The translations under genes and the position numbers were made by a program. A DNA stretch of 62,905 nt, the filler included. It is 5 parts of 5 records of this genome, joined end to end, with 100 filler letters (N's around TTAATTAATTAA, not from the genome) between each part and the next. Parts side by side here need not be neighbours in the genome. Positions count along the whole stretch, not along the records: positions 1 to 25,983 come from SRR15195285_749; 4 more parts are not named here. One strand, 5' to 3'. The stretch's first letter is position 1, and each line of letters begins with the position of its first letter. The notes below the pieces were generated by a model. It worked only from the letters and a program-made list of their open reading frames with translations. It made no database searches and was not told the DNA's origin. Positions 9,178 to 18,593 of the stretch are shown in pieces.

Positions 9178-10896
9178 TTAACCATCACAAGCCAAACAAT
9201 CTTCGCTCATTGCTTGCTGTGCTATATCTCCTCGTAAAACGCTTTCTGTTCTAGTGTAATATAGAGTCTTAACTCCGTTTTTCCAGGCATCAAAGTGTAC
9301 TTTATTAAGCCACTTAGGTGTTGCTTCACTAGGGAAAGCTAAATTCAAACTAACTGATTGATCTATGTACTGTTGACGTAGTCCAGCTTGATTAACTAAT
9401 TCCAATTGGTTAATCTCCTTAAAAGTCTTAAATACCTCTTTTGCTGGTATGTCGTGGCCCATAGTGATATCATCAAGCTCAGCAATATCTTGAACACTAC
9501 CACCATCAGCAAGGATTTTATTCCATATTTCATTTGTATTCAGTTTATGTTTCCTTAATAACTTTAAAAGCGTAGGATTTTTTCTTATAAAAGTTCCTTT
9601 AGCTGATTGCTCTGTAAACACGTTAGCAGCCCAAGGTTCAATACCTGCACTTACATTTCCCGACAATTTACTATTAGATACGGTAGGAGCAACGGCGCGC
9701 AGATGAGTATTGCGCATGCCAGTGCCAACACACCACAGAGGTTCACCATAAGTTTCAGCAAGAGCCATGGAAGCTCTTTCACTTTCGATTTTAATTTGCG
9801 AAAAGATTTTCCTAGTTTCAAACTGAGATAATAAACCTTCGAAAGGAATACCCTTTTCTTGTAAGTAAGTATGCCAGCCGAGGACTCCCAGTCCCAGTGC
9901 TCTCCCTTTCTGTGCAGATCGTATAGAATTCTCGAATCCGCGTAATCCTTTCGCCCTTTGAATAAATTCTTCCATAACACCGTCAAGAAACCAAGTGGCG
10001 TCATAAATAAGGTTAGTGTCTTTCCATTCGTCATATTTTGCTAAGTTTAATGATGATAAGCAACAGACAAAGCTGTGGTTCTCATCGGTGTGTAATGCAA
10101 TTTCTGAACATATGTTTGTCATATGTACTTTTAATCCGTTTTCTTTGTATGCTTTTGGATTTGCTTTGTTAACGTTTCCTTTAAATAATATATACGGTTC
10201 TCCAGTTGCTTTTCGCTTTCTAAGTAGTTTACTCCATCTAGTCCTAGCATTCGCATCTCCTTGTTCAAGGCGTCGCATAAATTTATCACCAACAACTGCG
10301 CATTGATGTAAGTTAAGCGATTGTCTGTTAACATCTCCCTTCGGCTCTCGTATTTCAAGCCACTCTTCAAAATCATCATGCTCAATGTTGATGTTAACAC
10401 TCGCAGCTCCTCTTCGAACCGATCCTTGATTTGTTGCAAGGATTGTTGAGTCATATATTTTGCAGAATGGTACAACTCCATCTGATGTTCCATTTCCTGT
10501 AATTTTAGCGCCAGCGGGTCTAATTTGATTAACTCCGATACCAACTCCACCGCCGTGCTTAGCGAGTAGCATCATCTCTAAATTCTTTTGTCCTATGTCT
10601 TGAATACTATCCGCAACATCGATACCAAAACAGCTAATAGGCAGACCGCGATCAGTGCCGGTATTAGATAGTACTGGACTCGCGAGACAAAGCCATCCGT
10701 TCCAAATATACTCGAAGAAAGTCTCTGCCATTTCCGGCTTATATAATCTACGAGCAATTGTTTTACTGACGCGATGGTATGCTTCTCTAGGTGACTCTCC
10801 GTCAAATAGATATCCCCCGGATATTGTCTTTTTGTATACGTCCGTATTACCCCACGTAGGGTAATCTTCTCCTTTTTTCCAATTTTCATTCCACAT
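9178..10896 (-). CDS. nrdA: Ribonucleotide reductase class Ia alpha subunit (short form, no evident ATP cone)
   Basis: ISCF, GGGVG, TNICSEI, APTVS, TLYY and C-terminal CLAC; 572 aa. Confidence 0.95.
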   Translation of the reverse strand: MWNENWKKGEDYPTWGNTDVYKKTISGGYLFDGESPREAYHRVSKTIARRLYKPEMAETFFEYIWNGWLCLASPVLSNTGTDRGLPISCFGIDVADSIQDIGQKNLEMMLLAKHGGGVGIGVNQIRPAGAKITGNGTSDGVVPFCKIYDSTILATNQGSVRRGAASVNINIEHDDFEEWLEIREPKGDVNRQSLNLHQCAVVGDKFMRRLEQGDANARTRWSKLLRKRKATGEPYILFKGNVNKANPKAYKENGLKVHMTNICSEIALHTDENHSFVCCLSSLNLAKYDEWKDTNLIYDATWFLDGVMEEFIQRAKGLRGFENSIRSAQKGRALGLGVLGWHTYLQEKGIPFEGLLSQFETRKIFSQIKIESERASMALAETYGEPLWCVGTGMRNTHLRAVAPTVSNSKLSGNVSAGIEPWAANVFTEQSAKGTFIRKNPTLLKLLRKHKLNTNEIWNKILADGGSVQDIAELDDITMGHDIPAKEVFKTFKEINQLELVNQAGLRQQYIDQSVSLNLAFPSEATPKWLNKVHFDAWKNGVKTLYYTRTESVLRGDIAQQAMSEDCLACDG

Positions 10897-11175
10897 TTAT
10901 GATAAATATAATATTGTGTAGGCTATTGCTACGTTTAAATTAACTGCTACTAAGTTCCATTGTTTTGCTACAAACACTTGAGGTATTGATAATGTACCTG
11001 CTATCATGTATGTAATTATTCCGATTTGATCCGGTAATAAATGGGGAGACATCATCATAAATGCCGTCCCCATATATCCTAATCTACTCGATAGTCTTTC
11101 CACTGGTGTTAGCTTCTTCTGCCTTACTAGACTCTTCAGCCATTTTCTTCTTAAGGTCTTCGATCGCTTGTTCAT
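10897..11175 (-). CDS. Small multi-pass membrane protein; start uncertain, overlaps upstream ORF
   Basis: About three hydrophobic segments; stop abuts the nrdA start. Confidence 0.5.
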   Translation of the reverse strand: MNKRSKTLRRKWLKSLVRQKKLTPVERLSSRLGYMGTAFMMMSPHLLPDQIGIITYMIAGTLSIPQVFVAKQWNLVAVNLNVAIAYTILYLS

Positions 11176-11323
11176 AGTCGTCCATCTGTTTAATTGTTTC
11201 TAATGTTCCTACAGCTAGATCTTTTAGATAAGCTGTTTCATCTAGTAGTTGTTGTACTACACCGATCAGTGCTTGTACTTTTTTCTCTAATAGATCTGTT
11301 CTACTTTGTTTCTGTGTTTTCAT
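11084..11323 (-). CDS. Hypothetical coiled-coil protein
   Basis: 79-aa helical, heptad-like ORF. Confidence 0.6.
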   Translation of the reverse strand: MKTQKQSRTDLLEKKVQALIGVVQQLLDETAYLKDLAVGTLETIKQMDDYEQAIEDLKKKMAEESSKAEEANTSGKTIE

Positions 11324-11362
11324 TTATATAGTTGTTCGTATAATTCGTTTTCAGTTATGACA

Positions 11363-12331
11363 TTACCAAATGTCTTCGAAGTCTTCGCCTTCGCCAGCCT
11401 TTGAGTAATCAGTCGGCCTAGTCGCGAAAAAATCAGTATGAGTGACCCCGCCGGTAAGATGATAGAACCAATCAAGATTGCCTGCTGCTTTGGTGTCATA
11501 AGCAAAATACGATCCCAAGTCAACGTAACCGAGTTCCACAAGTTTTTCATTTGTTCTCTTTTTTATAAAGTGTTTTAAGTCATTAGCTGATATACCTTCG
11601 ATATCGCCAGCTTCAAACATTTTGTCAATATATTTAGTTTCTAATTTAATCATGGTTTCCGCAGCTTTTATTATATCTTCTCGACATAAGTTTAGCAATT
11701 GCCCGTTTTCATTGCACATATCGCGGAATAGTTTACAACCCATTTTACTATGTAATGATTCATCTCTCACTGACCATTTCATTTGCTGTCCAATACCTTT
11801 AAGCAAATTGCGTAACTGAAAAGAATACAGCACTGCAAAAGCAGAGTATAAACTAACTCCTTCAGCGAAAGCTGAGAATACAGCAAGTGATTTAGCAATG
11901 CCAATTGGATTATCACCATCGTAAGCAACAAGATTATCAAAGCGCTCAGCCGTAGCAGGCTCATGTAAAAATGCTTCATAGTCTTCTAGTTTTAATGTTT
12001 CGTTTAAATAACTATATGCTACAGCATGGATAGTTTCTTGTGATCCGAACATCATAGCCATTTGTTGTATCTCGTGTTTAGGAAACCAACCAACTACTTT
12101 CTGTGTCCAATAATCCGATACCGCGCACTCCGTCTGTGCAAAGCCGAGTAAAATGTTACCGACCAAGTGTTTTTCTTTATCATCTAATTTCTCGTTCCAA
12201 TCTTTAATATCGCTCTGCATAGATATTTCGGTGTGTAACCAAAATGCTTGAGCTTGTTTTAGCCAACCTTCTGTGTAGTACTCAGGGTACTCAAAAGGTT
12301 TGTAAGCTACTCTTTCGTCAAATAATCCCAT
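11363..12331 (-). CDS. nrdB: Ribonucleotide reductase class Ia beta subunit
   Basis: ETIHAVAY, EGVSLYSAF and RDESLH diiron motifs; C-terminal TDFF..RPTDY. Confidence 0.95.
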   Translation of the reverse strand: MGLFDERVAYKPFEYPEYYTEGWLKQAQAFWLHTEISMQSDIKDWNEKLDDKEKHLVGNILLGFAQTECAVSDYWTQKVVGWFPKHEIQQMAMMFGSQETIHAVAYSYLNETLKLEDYEAFLHEPATAERFDNLVAYDGDNPIGIAKSLAVFSAFAEGVSLYSAFAVLYSFQLRNLLKGIGQQMKWSVRDESLHSKMGCKLFRDMCNENGQLLNLCREDIIKAAETMIKLETKYIDKMFEAGDIEGISANDLKHFIKKRTNEKLVELGYVDLGSYFAYDTKAAGNLDWFYHLTGGVTHTDFFATRPTDYSKAGEGEDFEDIW

Positions 12332-12498
12332 TATAAATTTATTATGTGTTGTACAGTCTTTAATTCAGTCTTCCAGGAATCAATATAAGCCATTATATCG
12401 ATCTTTCGTGTTGACTTTGATACTTTATCCATATCGTCTAAAACAGACCGTATAAACAGGTCTATCGTATGAAATTGTGTTTCTACATCTTGATCCAT
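12331..12498 (-). CDS. Hypothetical 55-aa protein (not in ORF track)
   Basis: MDQDVETQFHTIDLF...; TAATG-coupled at both ends. Confidence 0.55.
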   Translation of the reverse strand: MDQDVETQFHTIDLFIRSVLDDMDKVSKSTRKIDIMAYIDSWKTELKTVQHIINL

Positions 12499-12650
12499 TA
12501 TTTAAAAATTGTCAACGCAAGATCTACAAAAGGTAGGTACAAAACGTGTGTTGTTTGTTCAGGCTCAGGATATGTCCTAGCACCTATTAATACTCCAGGG
12601 TAAAACCCTATTTCGATTGACCATAATGGTTTGTTTTCGTCTTTATCCAT
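12498..12650 (-). CDS. Hypothetical 50-aa protein (not in ORF track)
   Basis: MDKDENKPLWSIEIGFYPGVLIGARTY...YLPFVDLALTIFK; coupled to both neighbours. Confidence 0.6.
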   Translation of the reverse strand: MDKDENKPLWSIEIGFYPGVLIGARTYPEPEQTTHVLYLPFVDLALTIFK

Positions 12651-12816
12651 AAACTTTTATTTTATATTCATCTTGTAATTCTACTAATTCATTGTATTTA
12701 ACTTTACCTCGTATTTCCCAGCTCCATTTAACAAACTTCTCAATTTGACGCTCGGCATACTTTTGTCTAGCTATCCTTTTTGCTTCGAAAGGATTATGCT
12801 TACTGTCTCGTCGCAT
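12643..12816 (-). CDS. Hypothetical 57-aa protein (not in ORF track)
   Basis: MRRDSKHNPFEAKRIARQKYAERQIEKFVKW...; fills the gap in the operon. Confidence 0.5.
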   Translation of the reverse strand: MRRDSKHNPFEAKRIARQKYAERQIEKFVKWSWEIRGKVKYNELVELQDEYKIKVYG

Positions 12817-13232
12817 TCTTTTTGATTTTGTGGTTTGTATAATGTGATCCCTGGAAATTGCCTAACAATTAATTGCTTAAACAACTTCCATCGCATTGGA
12901 AAACTTTCGTTTGCTCGACCTTTAGTTTCTATAATAAAATCATCGCCAATAAAATCAGGAGTGTATTTAATAGGAAGTATTCTTTTACAACCTCTATTTT
13001 TGTAATCACCCTTACCATTAGCTTGTCTTTCATAGACTTCGTTTTCAAAATGAAAACCATTAAGTAAAACAAAAGTTTCTCCTTCATATTTAGATTTTAT
13101 TTTAGCTTTACGTAAAGCCATATACATATAACGTTCTAGCCCTGAGGCGAAGTTGATGCCATCATATGACACCTTCTTCGACTGCACTGGACCTTTTTTT
13201 CTACTCCGTTTTTTATAAGGTATTTTCTTCAT
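12771..13232 (-). CDS. PD-(D/E)XK endonuclease, T7 endonuclease I-like resolvase candidate
   Basis: FASGLE, YTPDF and IIETKG motifs. Confidence 0.8.
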   Translation of the reverse strand: MKKIPYKKRSRKKGPVQSKKVSYDGINFASGLERYMYMALRKAKIKSKYEGETFVLLNGFHFENEVYERQANGKGDYKNRGCKRILPIKYTPDFIGDDFIIETKGRANESFPMRWKLFKQLIVRQFPGITLYKPQNQKECDETVSIILSKQKG

Positions 13233-13509
13233 AATGTGTTCCTTCGTTACCGTTTTGGCCTATAATATTCATTCGATTAATCATCGTATTTTCTATTTCG
13301 TCTGACAAGCATCGCTTAGCAGCTTCAATATATAACAAAGCATCCATTAGTTCTTCTTGAACGTCAATTAAAAACCTATTAAGATCTTTTTCCTCGCCTT
13401 CAATCTCCTCCATCATTGTAGCTCCGTACTTTTCTTGACCAACAAGACTACGTTGATCCATCTTCTTTAGTACCTTTAGTACTATTTCATCTTTAGTGTT
13501 TATCTTCAT
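13213..13509 (-). CDS. All-alpha NTP pyrophosphohydrolase-like small protein
   Basis: R..VG.EKYG.T...QEELMDALLY acidic helix motif. Confidence 0.5.
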   Translation of the reverse strand: MKINTKDEIVLKVLKKMDQRSLVGQEKYGATMMEEIEGEEKDLNRFLIDVQEELMDALLYIEAAKRCLSDEIENTMINRMNIIGQNGNEGTHYEENTL

Positions 13510-14279
13510 TACAATGTCTGTTTTACAAATGTTCCATTTTCCATTTTACCCTTACGGTTAGCTATTTCGTTATAAGCTGATTCAATACAGTTTTCAATTT
13601 GCATACCTTCTAGCACTGCTAAGTTCGTAAGAACTACAACCATATCGCCAATAGCATCTTTTATTTCATACTTATCGTTCTTAAGCAATGCTTCAGCTAG
13701 TTCACCAGCTTCTTCCATAAGCTTAACATATTGCGTATGTGAATTGCCTTTATCGTATATACCGCGATCTTGAGCCCAGTCTCTAATTAAAGGAAAGTAA
13801 TTAGTTAAATTAACTTGTTTTGGTGGATTGTGATCTTGATTAAAAAAAGCTTCATAAAAAGCCTTGTTATAAATATAGCTTCGATTATCGTTAAACATCG
13901 AGGTTCTAGCATTAGCCATTATCCAGTTTATATGCTTTTTTTCTAACTTAAAGCTATAGTCTGGCGTTTTCCACTCCATGCCTAAGTTATCTAATAAGTT
14001 ACCTTTTAACTTGTTTACTGGTACTGGAAATGTACTTGTTTGTTCTGTTGGGTTTACTTTCATATTTAATTTGAATAGATTTTTATATAATGTTCTGTCT
14101 CTTTTGTAGCCATAAGACTTTTGAAGTTCTATTTCACGGTCTGATATATAATCTATATCGTCTGACTGTTCAAGAACTTCATACTCATTCTCCTTATAGC
14201 CTTGCATAAGGGTTACTCTAGTATTAAGATTACGTGTTACGCCAATCTTTTTACCAGGTATGTGGTATAAATAATACAT
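13509..14279 (-). CDS. Fusion of a GIY-YIG-like N-terminal domain and a MazG-like nucleotide pyrophosphohydrolase
   Basis: N-terminal YYLYHI..KIGVT.NL..R; C-terminal KLMEEAGEL...DAIGD..VVL. Confidence 0.75.
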   Translation of the reverse strand: MYYLYHIPGKKIGVTRNLNTRVTLMQGYKENEYEVLEQSDDIDYISDREIELQKSYGYKRDRTLYKNLFKLNMKVNPTEQTSTFPVPVNKLKGNLLDNLGMEWKTPDYSFKLEKKHINWIMANARTSMFNDNRSYIYNKAFYEAFFNQDHNPPKQVNLTNYFPLIRDWAQDRGIYDKGNSHTQYVKLMEEAGELAEALLKNDKYEIKDAIGDMVVVLTNLAVLEGMQIENCIESAYNEIANRKGKMENGTFVKQTL

Positions 14280-14280
14280 A

Positions 14281-14937
14281 TTAAGTTATTTTGTTTTTAT
14301 ACAGATGTAGGTTATGCGCGTGATGGTAGTAACTACCAATTTCATACCCTGTCCTCTCTGCGATTAATTCTTGTAATGATGCAAATTGATACTGATCGTT
14401 GCAGAAACCGTACCAGAGATCATTAGAACGCATATAGACAGACATGTTAAGCTTATTATCTAGTACTGTGAACTGAACAGCGTACGTACAAGGTGTATCG
14501 TTTCTGTATGTATCAATTTCTTTACCGTCATATATACTTATTGCTGCTTGTCTAGTTTCTGGGCTGTCTTTTAGCATTGCTACAACTTTATCTATTTGAT
14601 CTTGTCGTTGCCATTGCCAACCGTAATTAGATCTTACATCGCCTAAGCTATCAGCCATACGTTTCCATATCTGAGGTACTTTACCGTATATATCACCAAG
14701 CTTTTCAATGCTAGGATCACCAGATAAATACCATTGCCATTCAGCTTCTGCATACTCAGCGTTCCATTTGCGGTTCTTGTTATGAATAACTTTGTCTGTA
14801 GGATCTAGTATTGTAAACCCTACATTAAACAAAGCTTTAGTGTCGCCGAAATCAACTCCGTCCCATAAAATTTTAGGAAAAAGCCAATTATAAGCTTCAC
14901 TAGCAGTTTTAAATTCTGCGTTAGTTATATTTGTCAT
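14281..14937 (-). CDS. Thymidylate-synthase-fold enzyme with dCMP hydroxymethylase-type signature
   Basis: DTPCT catalytic Cys; MRSNDLWYGFCND with Asp at the pyrimidine-specificity position; H.LHLY. Confidence 0.75.
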   Translation of the reverse strand: MTNITNAEFKTASEAYNWLFPKILWDGVDFGDTKALFNVGFTILDPTDKVIHNKNRKWNAEYAEAEWQWYLSGDPSIEKLGDIYGKVPQIWKRMADSLGDVRSNYGWQWQRQDQIDKVVAMLKDSPETRQAAISIYDGKEIDTYRNDTPCTYAVQFTVLDNKLNMSVYMRSNDLWYGFCNDQYQFASLQELIAERTGYEIGSYYHHAHNLHLYKNKIT

Positions 14938-15163
14938 AATAATGTTTGTAGTATTTAAAGACTGTCTCCCAAATAACTACCTTCGTGTAGCTTTCAGGGT
15001 CTTGATTAGTTATTCCTTTATTTGTTATTGTAATTGTCCATCTAGCTTCTGTTAAAGCTTTAGGCGCAATGTGTATAGCATTTCTTATACACCATCTATA
15101 TGCGTTCCACTCTTCAGGCGTAGCTAGATATTCGCCCATGTTTATACCTTTACTTTTAGCCAT
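14921..15163 (-). CDS. Hypothetical protein
   Basis: 80-aa ORF in the operon. Confidence 0.6.
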   Translation of the reverse strand: MAKSKGINMGEYLATPEEWNAYRWCIRNAIHIAPKALTEARWTITITNKGITNQDPESYTKVVIWETVFKYYKHYYDKYN

Positions 15164-16873
15164 TTATTCCCATGGCATTTTTTCACCAGCTAAGTTTATC
15201 TGCTCGTGAGGTACAAAACAACCTGACTTTGGTTCCCATTTGAAATGAGCTTCAGCACCGTTTTCACCAAGGTTTTGAAACTTAACTTTTAAAACTTTAG
15301 CTTTAACTGTTTTTTGCTCATAATCTCTGTGAACTAGTATACCGTGATAACTAGCATCATACCATTCACCACCACCTTTAATGTTGTACATAGTTGGCTC
15401 TTCAATCTTGCCATCTTGATTTTTATACATTTTAGTTGGGTGAGCTACAATAAATACTAGTACATCGTACTTCTTAGCAAAGATCTCGATCTTGCTTAAG
15501 TACTCCATGGTATATCTATTTACGTCTTCAGTTTTACAATCAATGTCTCTAACTTTATTAAATGGATCAATGACTAAGCATTTGATACCTTTACGTTTTA
15601 CAAGCTCAGCACCTTTTCTAAGTACTGACTCAAGCGTGTAACGTTCCATATCAATATGAAAGTAATTAGTATTACAATGATCTGCTACTTGGTTCCATTT
15701 CTCTCCGTTGATATCATCTCTAGTTGGCATACCTTGCCAATGCTTACGCATTAACTTATGAGCGTGTAAATAAGTCGGTTGATTCTCTGGCGACGCAAAC
15801 GCTGTTTTCCATCCGTAGTTATTATTATATCCGACAACCATCTGATCGACGAAATCACTCTTACCGGAACTAGGAATACCAGTAACAGTAATGAATTGAC
15901 CAGTGTAAGTTGAGAAGATATCATCAAAATTCTGTAAGCCAACTTGAAATCCTGGTTTAAAGCCATTCTTAACAAAGTCGGTAACTTCATCTTCAATATC
16001 CCTGAATGTTGTAACATTCTCAAGCGGTACTGGTCTTGCTCCTGAAATACGCTCTGATAGTTTTTCTTTTCCATACTTTTGTAAATATTCATTTGCATCT
16101 TTACAATCTTCAAACGATGCTAAGTAACAAGCTTCTGAGCCTAGTCTTCTAACTAACTCTGTTTGTAAAGCTATACCTGCTTCGTCTGTGTCTACAGCTA
16201 GTATGATTTTTTCTTTGTCTTCGAAATAATCTATACAAGCATCTAAGTAATCAAGGTTATTGCTATTTAATGTAGCTCCGTTTGGAACTGATATTGCATT
16301 TGTTATACCAGCTTCGTGTAGTGCAAGTACATCCATTTCACCTTCAACAATAACACAATACTCATAACCTATTATACTGTTTATATTATAGAATACTTTT
16401 TCAGCACCCTTATATAATTTAAAGTTCTTTCGTCCATCGCGGTACTTAACATTAATAAGTTGATCGCCCATGAAGTAATTAAACTTTATAACGTTCTCGG
16501 TTTTACCGGTCTGAGGCATAAACTCAGGACCCTCACTAATTCTAAGATCAGTGAGAGTTTGCTGAGATATTCCCCTAGTTTTAAACCACTCAACTACTTT
16601 GCTAGCTGGAGGCTTATGTACAACCTCTGCAGGTCTTACATATACCTTTTCACTAGCACCTTTACGCTGATACGTATGTAGTTGAAATGATGTATTACAG
16701 TTGTGACAAGTACCGAGACCCCGATCCCAATCATAAGACGCGCATTTTGCCTTTTGATTCTTGGGTTTTCTATCAGAGGAACACAAAGGGCAAACCCCTT
16801 GCTTTTTTCCCTCTTCAAGCTTATGTTGATTGAATTCGTCAATCAAAAATCCATTGATCTCTGTTGTCTGCAT
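15164..16873 (-). CDS. DNA primase-helicase (T7 gp4/Twinkle type)
   Basis: Zinc finger CPLC..CHNC, TOPRIM EGEMD and D.D.AG, Walker A TGIPSSGKS, VAHP. Confidence 0.93.
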   Translation of the reverse strand: MQTTEINGFLIDEFNQHKLEEGKKQGVCPLCSSDRKPKNQKAKCASYDWDRGLGTCHNCNTSFQLHTYQRKGASEKVYVRPAEVVHKPPASKVVEWFKTRGISQQTLTDLRISEGPEFMPQTGKTENVIKFNYFMGDQLINVKYRDGRKNFKLYKGAEKVFYNINSIIGYEYCVIVEGEMDVLALHEAGITNAISVPNGATLNSNNLDYLDACIDYFEDKEKIILAVDTDEAGIALQTELVRRLGSEACYLASFEDCKDANEYLQKYGKEKLSERISGARPVPLENVTTFRDIEDEVTDFVKNGFKPGFQVGLQNFDDIFSTYTGQFITVTGIPSSGKSDFVDQMVVGYNNNYGWKTAFASPENQPTYLHAHKLMRKHWQGMPTRDDINGEKWNQVADHCNTNYFHIDMERYTLESVLRKGAELVKRKGIKCLVIDPFNKVRDIDCKTEDVNRYTMEYLSKIEIFAKKYDVLVFIVAHPTKMYKNQDGKIEEPTMYNIKGGGEWYDASYHGILVHRDYEQKTVKAKVLKVKFQNLGENGAEAHFKWEPKSGCFVPHEQINLAGEKMPWE

Positions 16874-16890
16874 TTAATTTAATTTAATTG

Positions 16891-16983
16891 TTAATCTCCG
16901 TCTCTACATTCTGGGCATATGTCACAAAAGTTGTGCTCTTTTTCAGTCATATCTTTCGCGCAGAATTCACACATGTACAGCAT
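16891..16983 (-). CDS. 30-aa zinc-finger microprotein (not in ORF track)
   Basis: MLYMCEFCAKDMTEKEHNFCDICPECRDGD; TAATG-coupled to the SSB gene. Confidence 0.55.
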   Translation of the reverse strand: MLYMCEFCAKDMTEKEHNFCDICPECRDGD

Positions 16984-17294
16984 TAAAACGGTAGATCATC
17001 TGCAGGCTCTGGTACTGCCGCTGCTGCTTGTTGAGGTTGACCATCACGTGGTGCTGCTGCAACATTGTCTCCGTTAGTCCACACTACTTTGACATTACCT
17101 AAATAATTCTTAGCTACTTTAGCTTCGCGTTCTTCTTTAGATTGCTCGACCACAACTGGTCCTTGATTTCCGTAGTTATCTACTTCATCGTTTAATGTAA
17201 TTGTAATAGGTAAATACTTACCTTTTTTCCCAACATAAATTTTGTCCTTTGGGATTTCATTTAAGTTGATACTTGCTTTAATAATACTTGCCAT
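16983..17294 (-). CDS. Single-stranded DNA-binding protein (phage/Bacteroidota type)
   Basis: Beta-rich small protein with acidic DDLPF tail, next to exonuclease and ERF genes. Confidence 0.7.
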   Translation of the reverse strand: MASIIKASINLNEIPKDKIYVGKKGKYLPITITLNDEVDNYGNQGPVVVEQSKEEREAKVAKNYLGNVKVVWTNGDNVAAAPRDGQPQQAAAAVPEPADDLPF

Positions 17295-17296
17295 AA

Positions 17297-18028
17297 TTAT
17301 AGGGTTTTGTTGATAAAATAATTGTCCGGTTCAAAGTCCGGGTTTTTAAAAAATAAATTGTAAGCTTCACTTGCTTGCTGAACTTTTTCTTCTCCATAAG
17401 ATAAGAACTTATCAGAGCAATCATATATACCTATTTGATGCGTGTTTTTGTCTATGACCATAAAGATCATTTCATAACCAAACAGCTTTTGGTATATATA
17501 AGCTTGACTGTTGTAATTGTACTTTGATGCTGAATATTGAAACTTGGAAATATCTGCAGTTGTTTTTAGATCAATGATTAACTTCTCATCGTGATTAACA
17601 ATATCTGCTTTACCTTTCCATTGGTTACCGAATATCTCAGCAATCCCAGGTACTTCGTACTCTACGTTTTCACCACGTATTAAATTTCTACAGATTTCAT
17701 TAGCCATCATTTTTTCTACTAATAATTCTGTTTGATCTACTTCGTGTTGTAATAAGCAAAGCTCTCCGTCTGAGATCTCTTTGTACGCTTTGGTATTCCT
17801 AGTCGTCGTTTCTATTATCTTAAAGTTCTTGAGCTTATGTGGTTCAAGAATAGCTGTATGAAAATAGCCTCCAACTAGGAATGCAGGGATTGGTTTCATT
17901 GGTTTCCCTAGCGCCAAAGGATTTGTTAATAAGGTCGAGATATCTGAATTACTTAGGAATTGTTTTCCAAACTTACCGTAGTAATGTTCATCTTCTCTCA
18001 ACTTGTTTAACTCATCTTTTCTTTTCAT
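17297..18028 (-). CDS. PD-(D/E)XK exonuclease (RecE/DUF3799-like)
   Basis: LSNSD, G..FHTAILEP, KGKAD, IIDLKT, Y..QAYIY. Confidence 0.85.
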   Translation of the reverse strand: MKRKDELNKLREDEHYYGKFGKQFLSNSDISTLLTNPLALGKPMKPIPAFLVGGYFHTAILEPHKLKNFKIIETTTRNTKAYKEISDGELCLLQHEVDQTELLVEKMMANEICRNLIRGENVEYEVPGIAEIFGNQWKGKADIVNHDEKLIIDLKTTADISKFQYSASKYNYNSQAYIYQKLFGYEMIFMVIDKNTHQIGIYDCSDKFLSYGEEKVQQASEAYNLFFKNPDFEPDNYFINKTL

Positions 18029-18552
18029 TATAAGGTTTTTAATGTTGCAGCTGGTATGTCATACTTCTTTTTAATAGCTTCTAGACTACCACCTGATTTG
18101 ATGAAAGCTTTTGCCTTCGTTAATGCAGCTCCTTCTAACTTAGGTTTGGCTGCTTTACCTTTACCGTGAGTGTTTGTCGCGTCACTGTCTGCAGTATCAT
18201 CGATTAGAAATAAATTTCCAAGCGCATACTTTTTAGCATAACTAGATGCTGATCCAAACTGTTGAGGTACGTTCATACCCTTTTGGTTTAGATCCACGCC
18301 AACTATAGCTACAGCTGATATTTCACTCTCACCGTCACTTAGTATAGCTGATGATGCCATTATAGGCAAACCAGCTATTTCTTCCAACATCTCGTTGATA
18401 GTTACTGATACTCCTAACTCTAATAGAAAGGGCTTTGTTGCTTCAAGGATGTCTTCGGCCGACCGGAAGTTGTATTTGCCGAATGAGTTAAATCTACTTT
18501 TCTTCGATTTAAACTTTGTCTGAATTGTTGCTAACTTTTCGTTTAAGGTCAT
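18028..18552 (-). CDS. ERF-family single-strand annealing protein
   Basis: FGKYNFRSAEDIL and GSASSYAKKYAL..LF.IDD..D.D signature. Confidence 0.9.
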   Translation of the reverse strand: MTLNEKLATIQTKFKSKKSRFNSFGKYNFRSAEDILEATKPFLLELGVSVTINEMLEEIAGLPIMASSAILSDGESEISAVAIVGVDLNQKGMNVPQQFGSASSYAKKYALGNLFLIDDTADSDATNTHGKGKAAKPKLEGAALTKAKAFIKSGGSLEAIKKKYDIPAATLKTL

Positions 18553-18593
18553 ATTAATATAATTACATATTTGGTTATTGATTTACATTTAAC

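Noticed and set aside
11320-11550. 76-aa ORF overlapping the nrdB 3' end
   Set aside because: Mostly an alternative frame inside nrdB, with no independent support.
14281-14937. thyA gene symbol
   Set aside because: The specificity residue is Asp, not Asn, so dUMP methylation is not supported.
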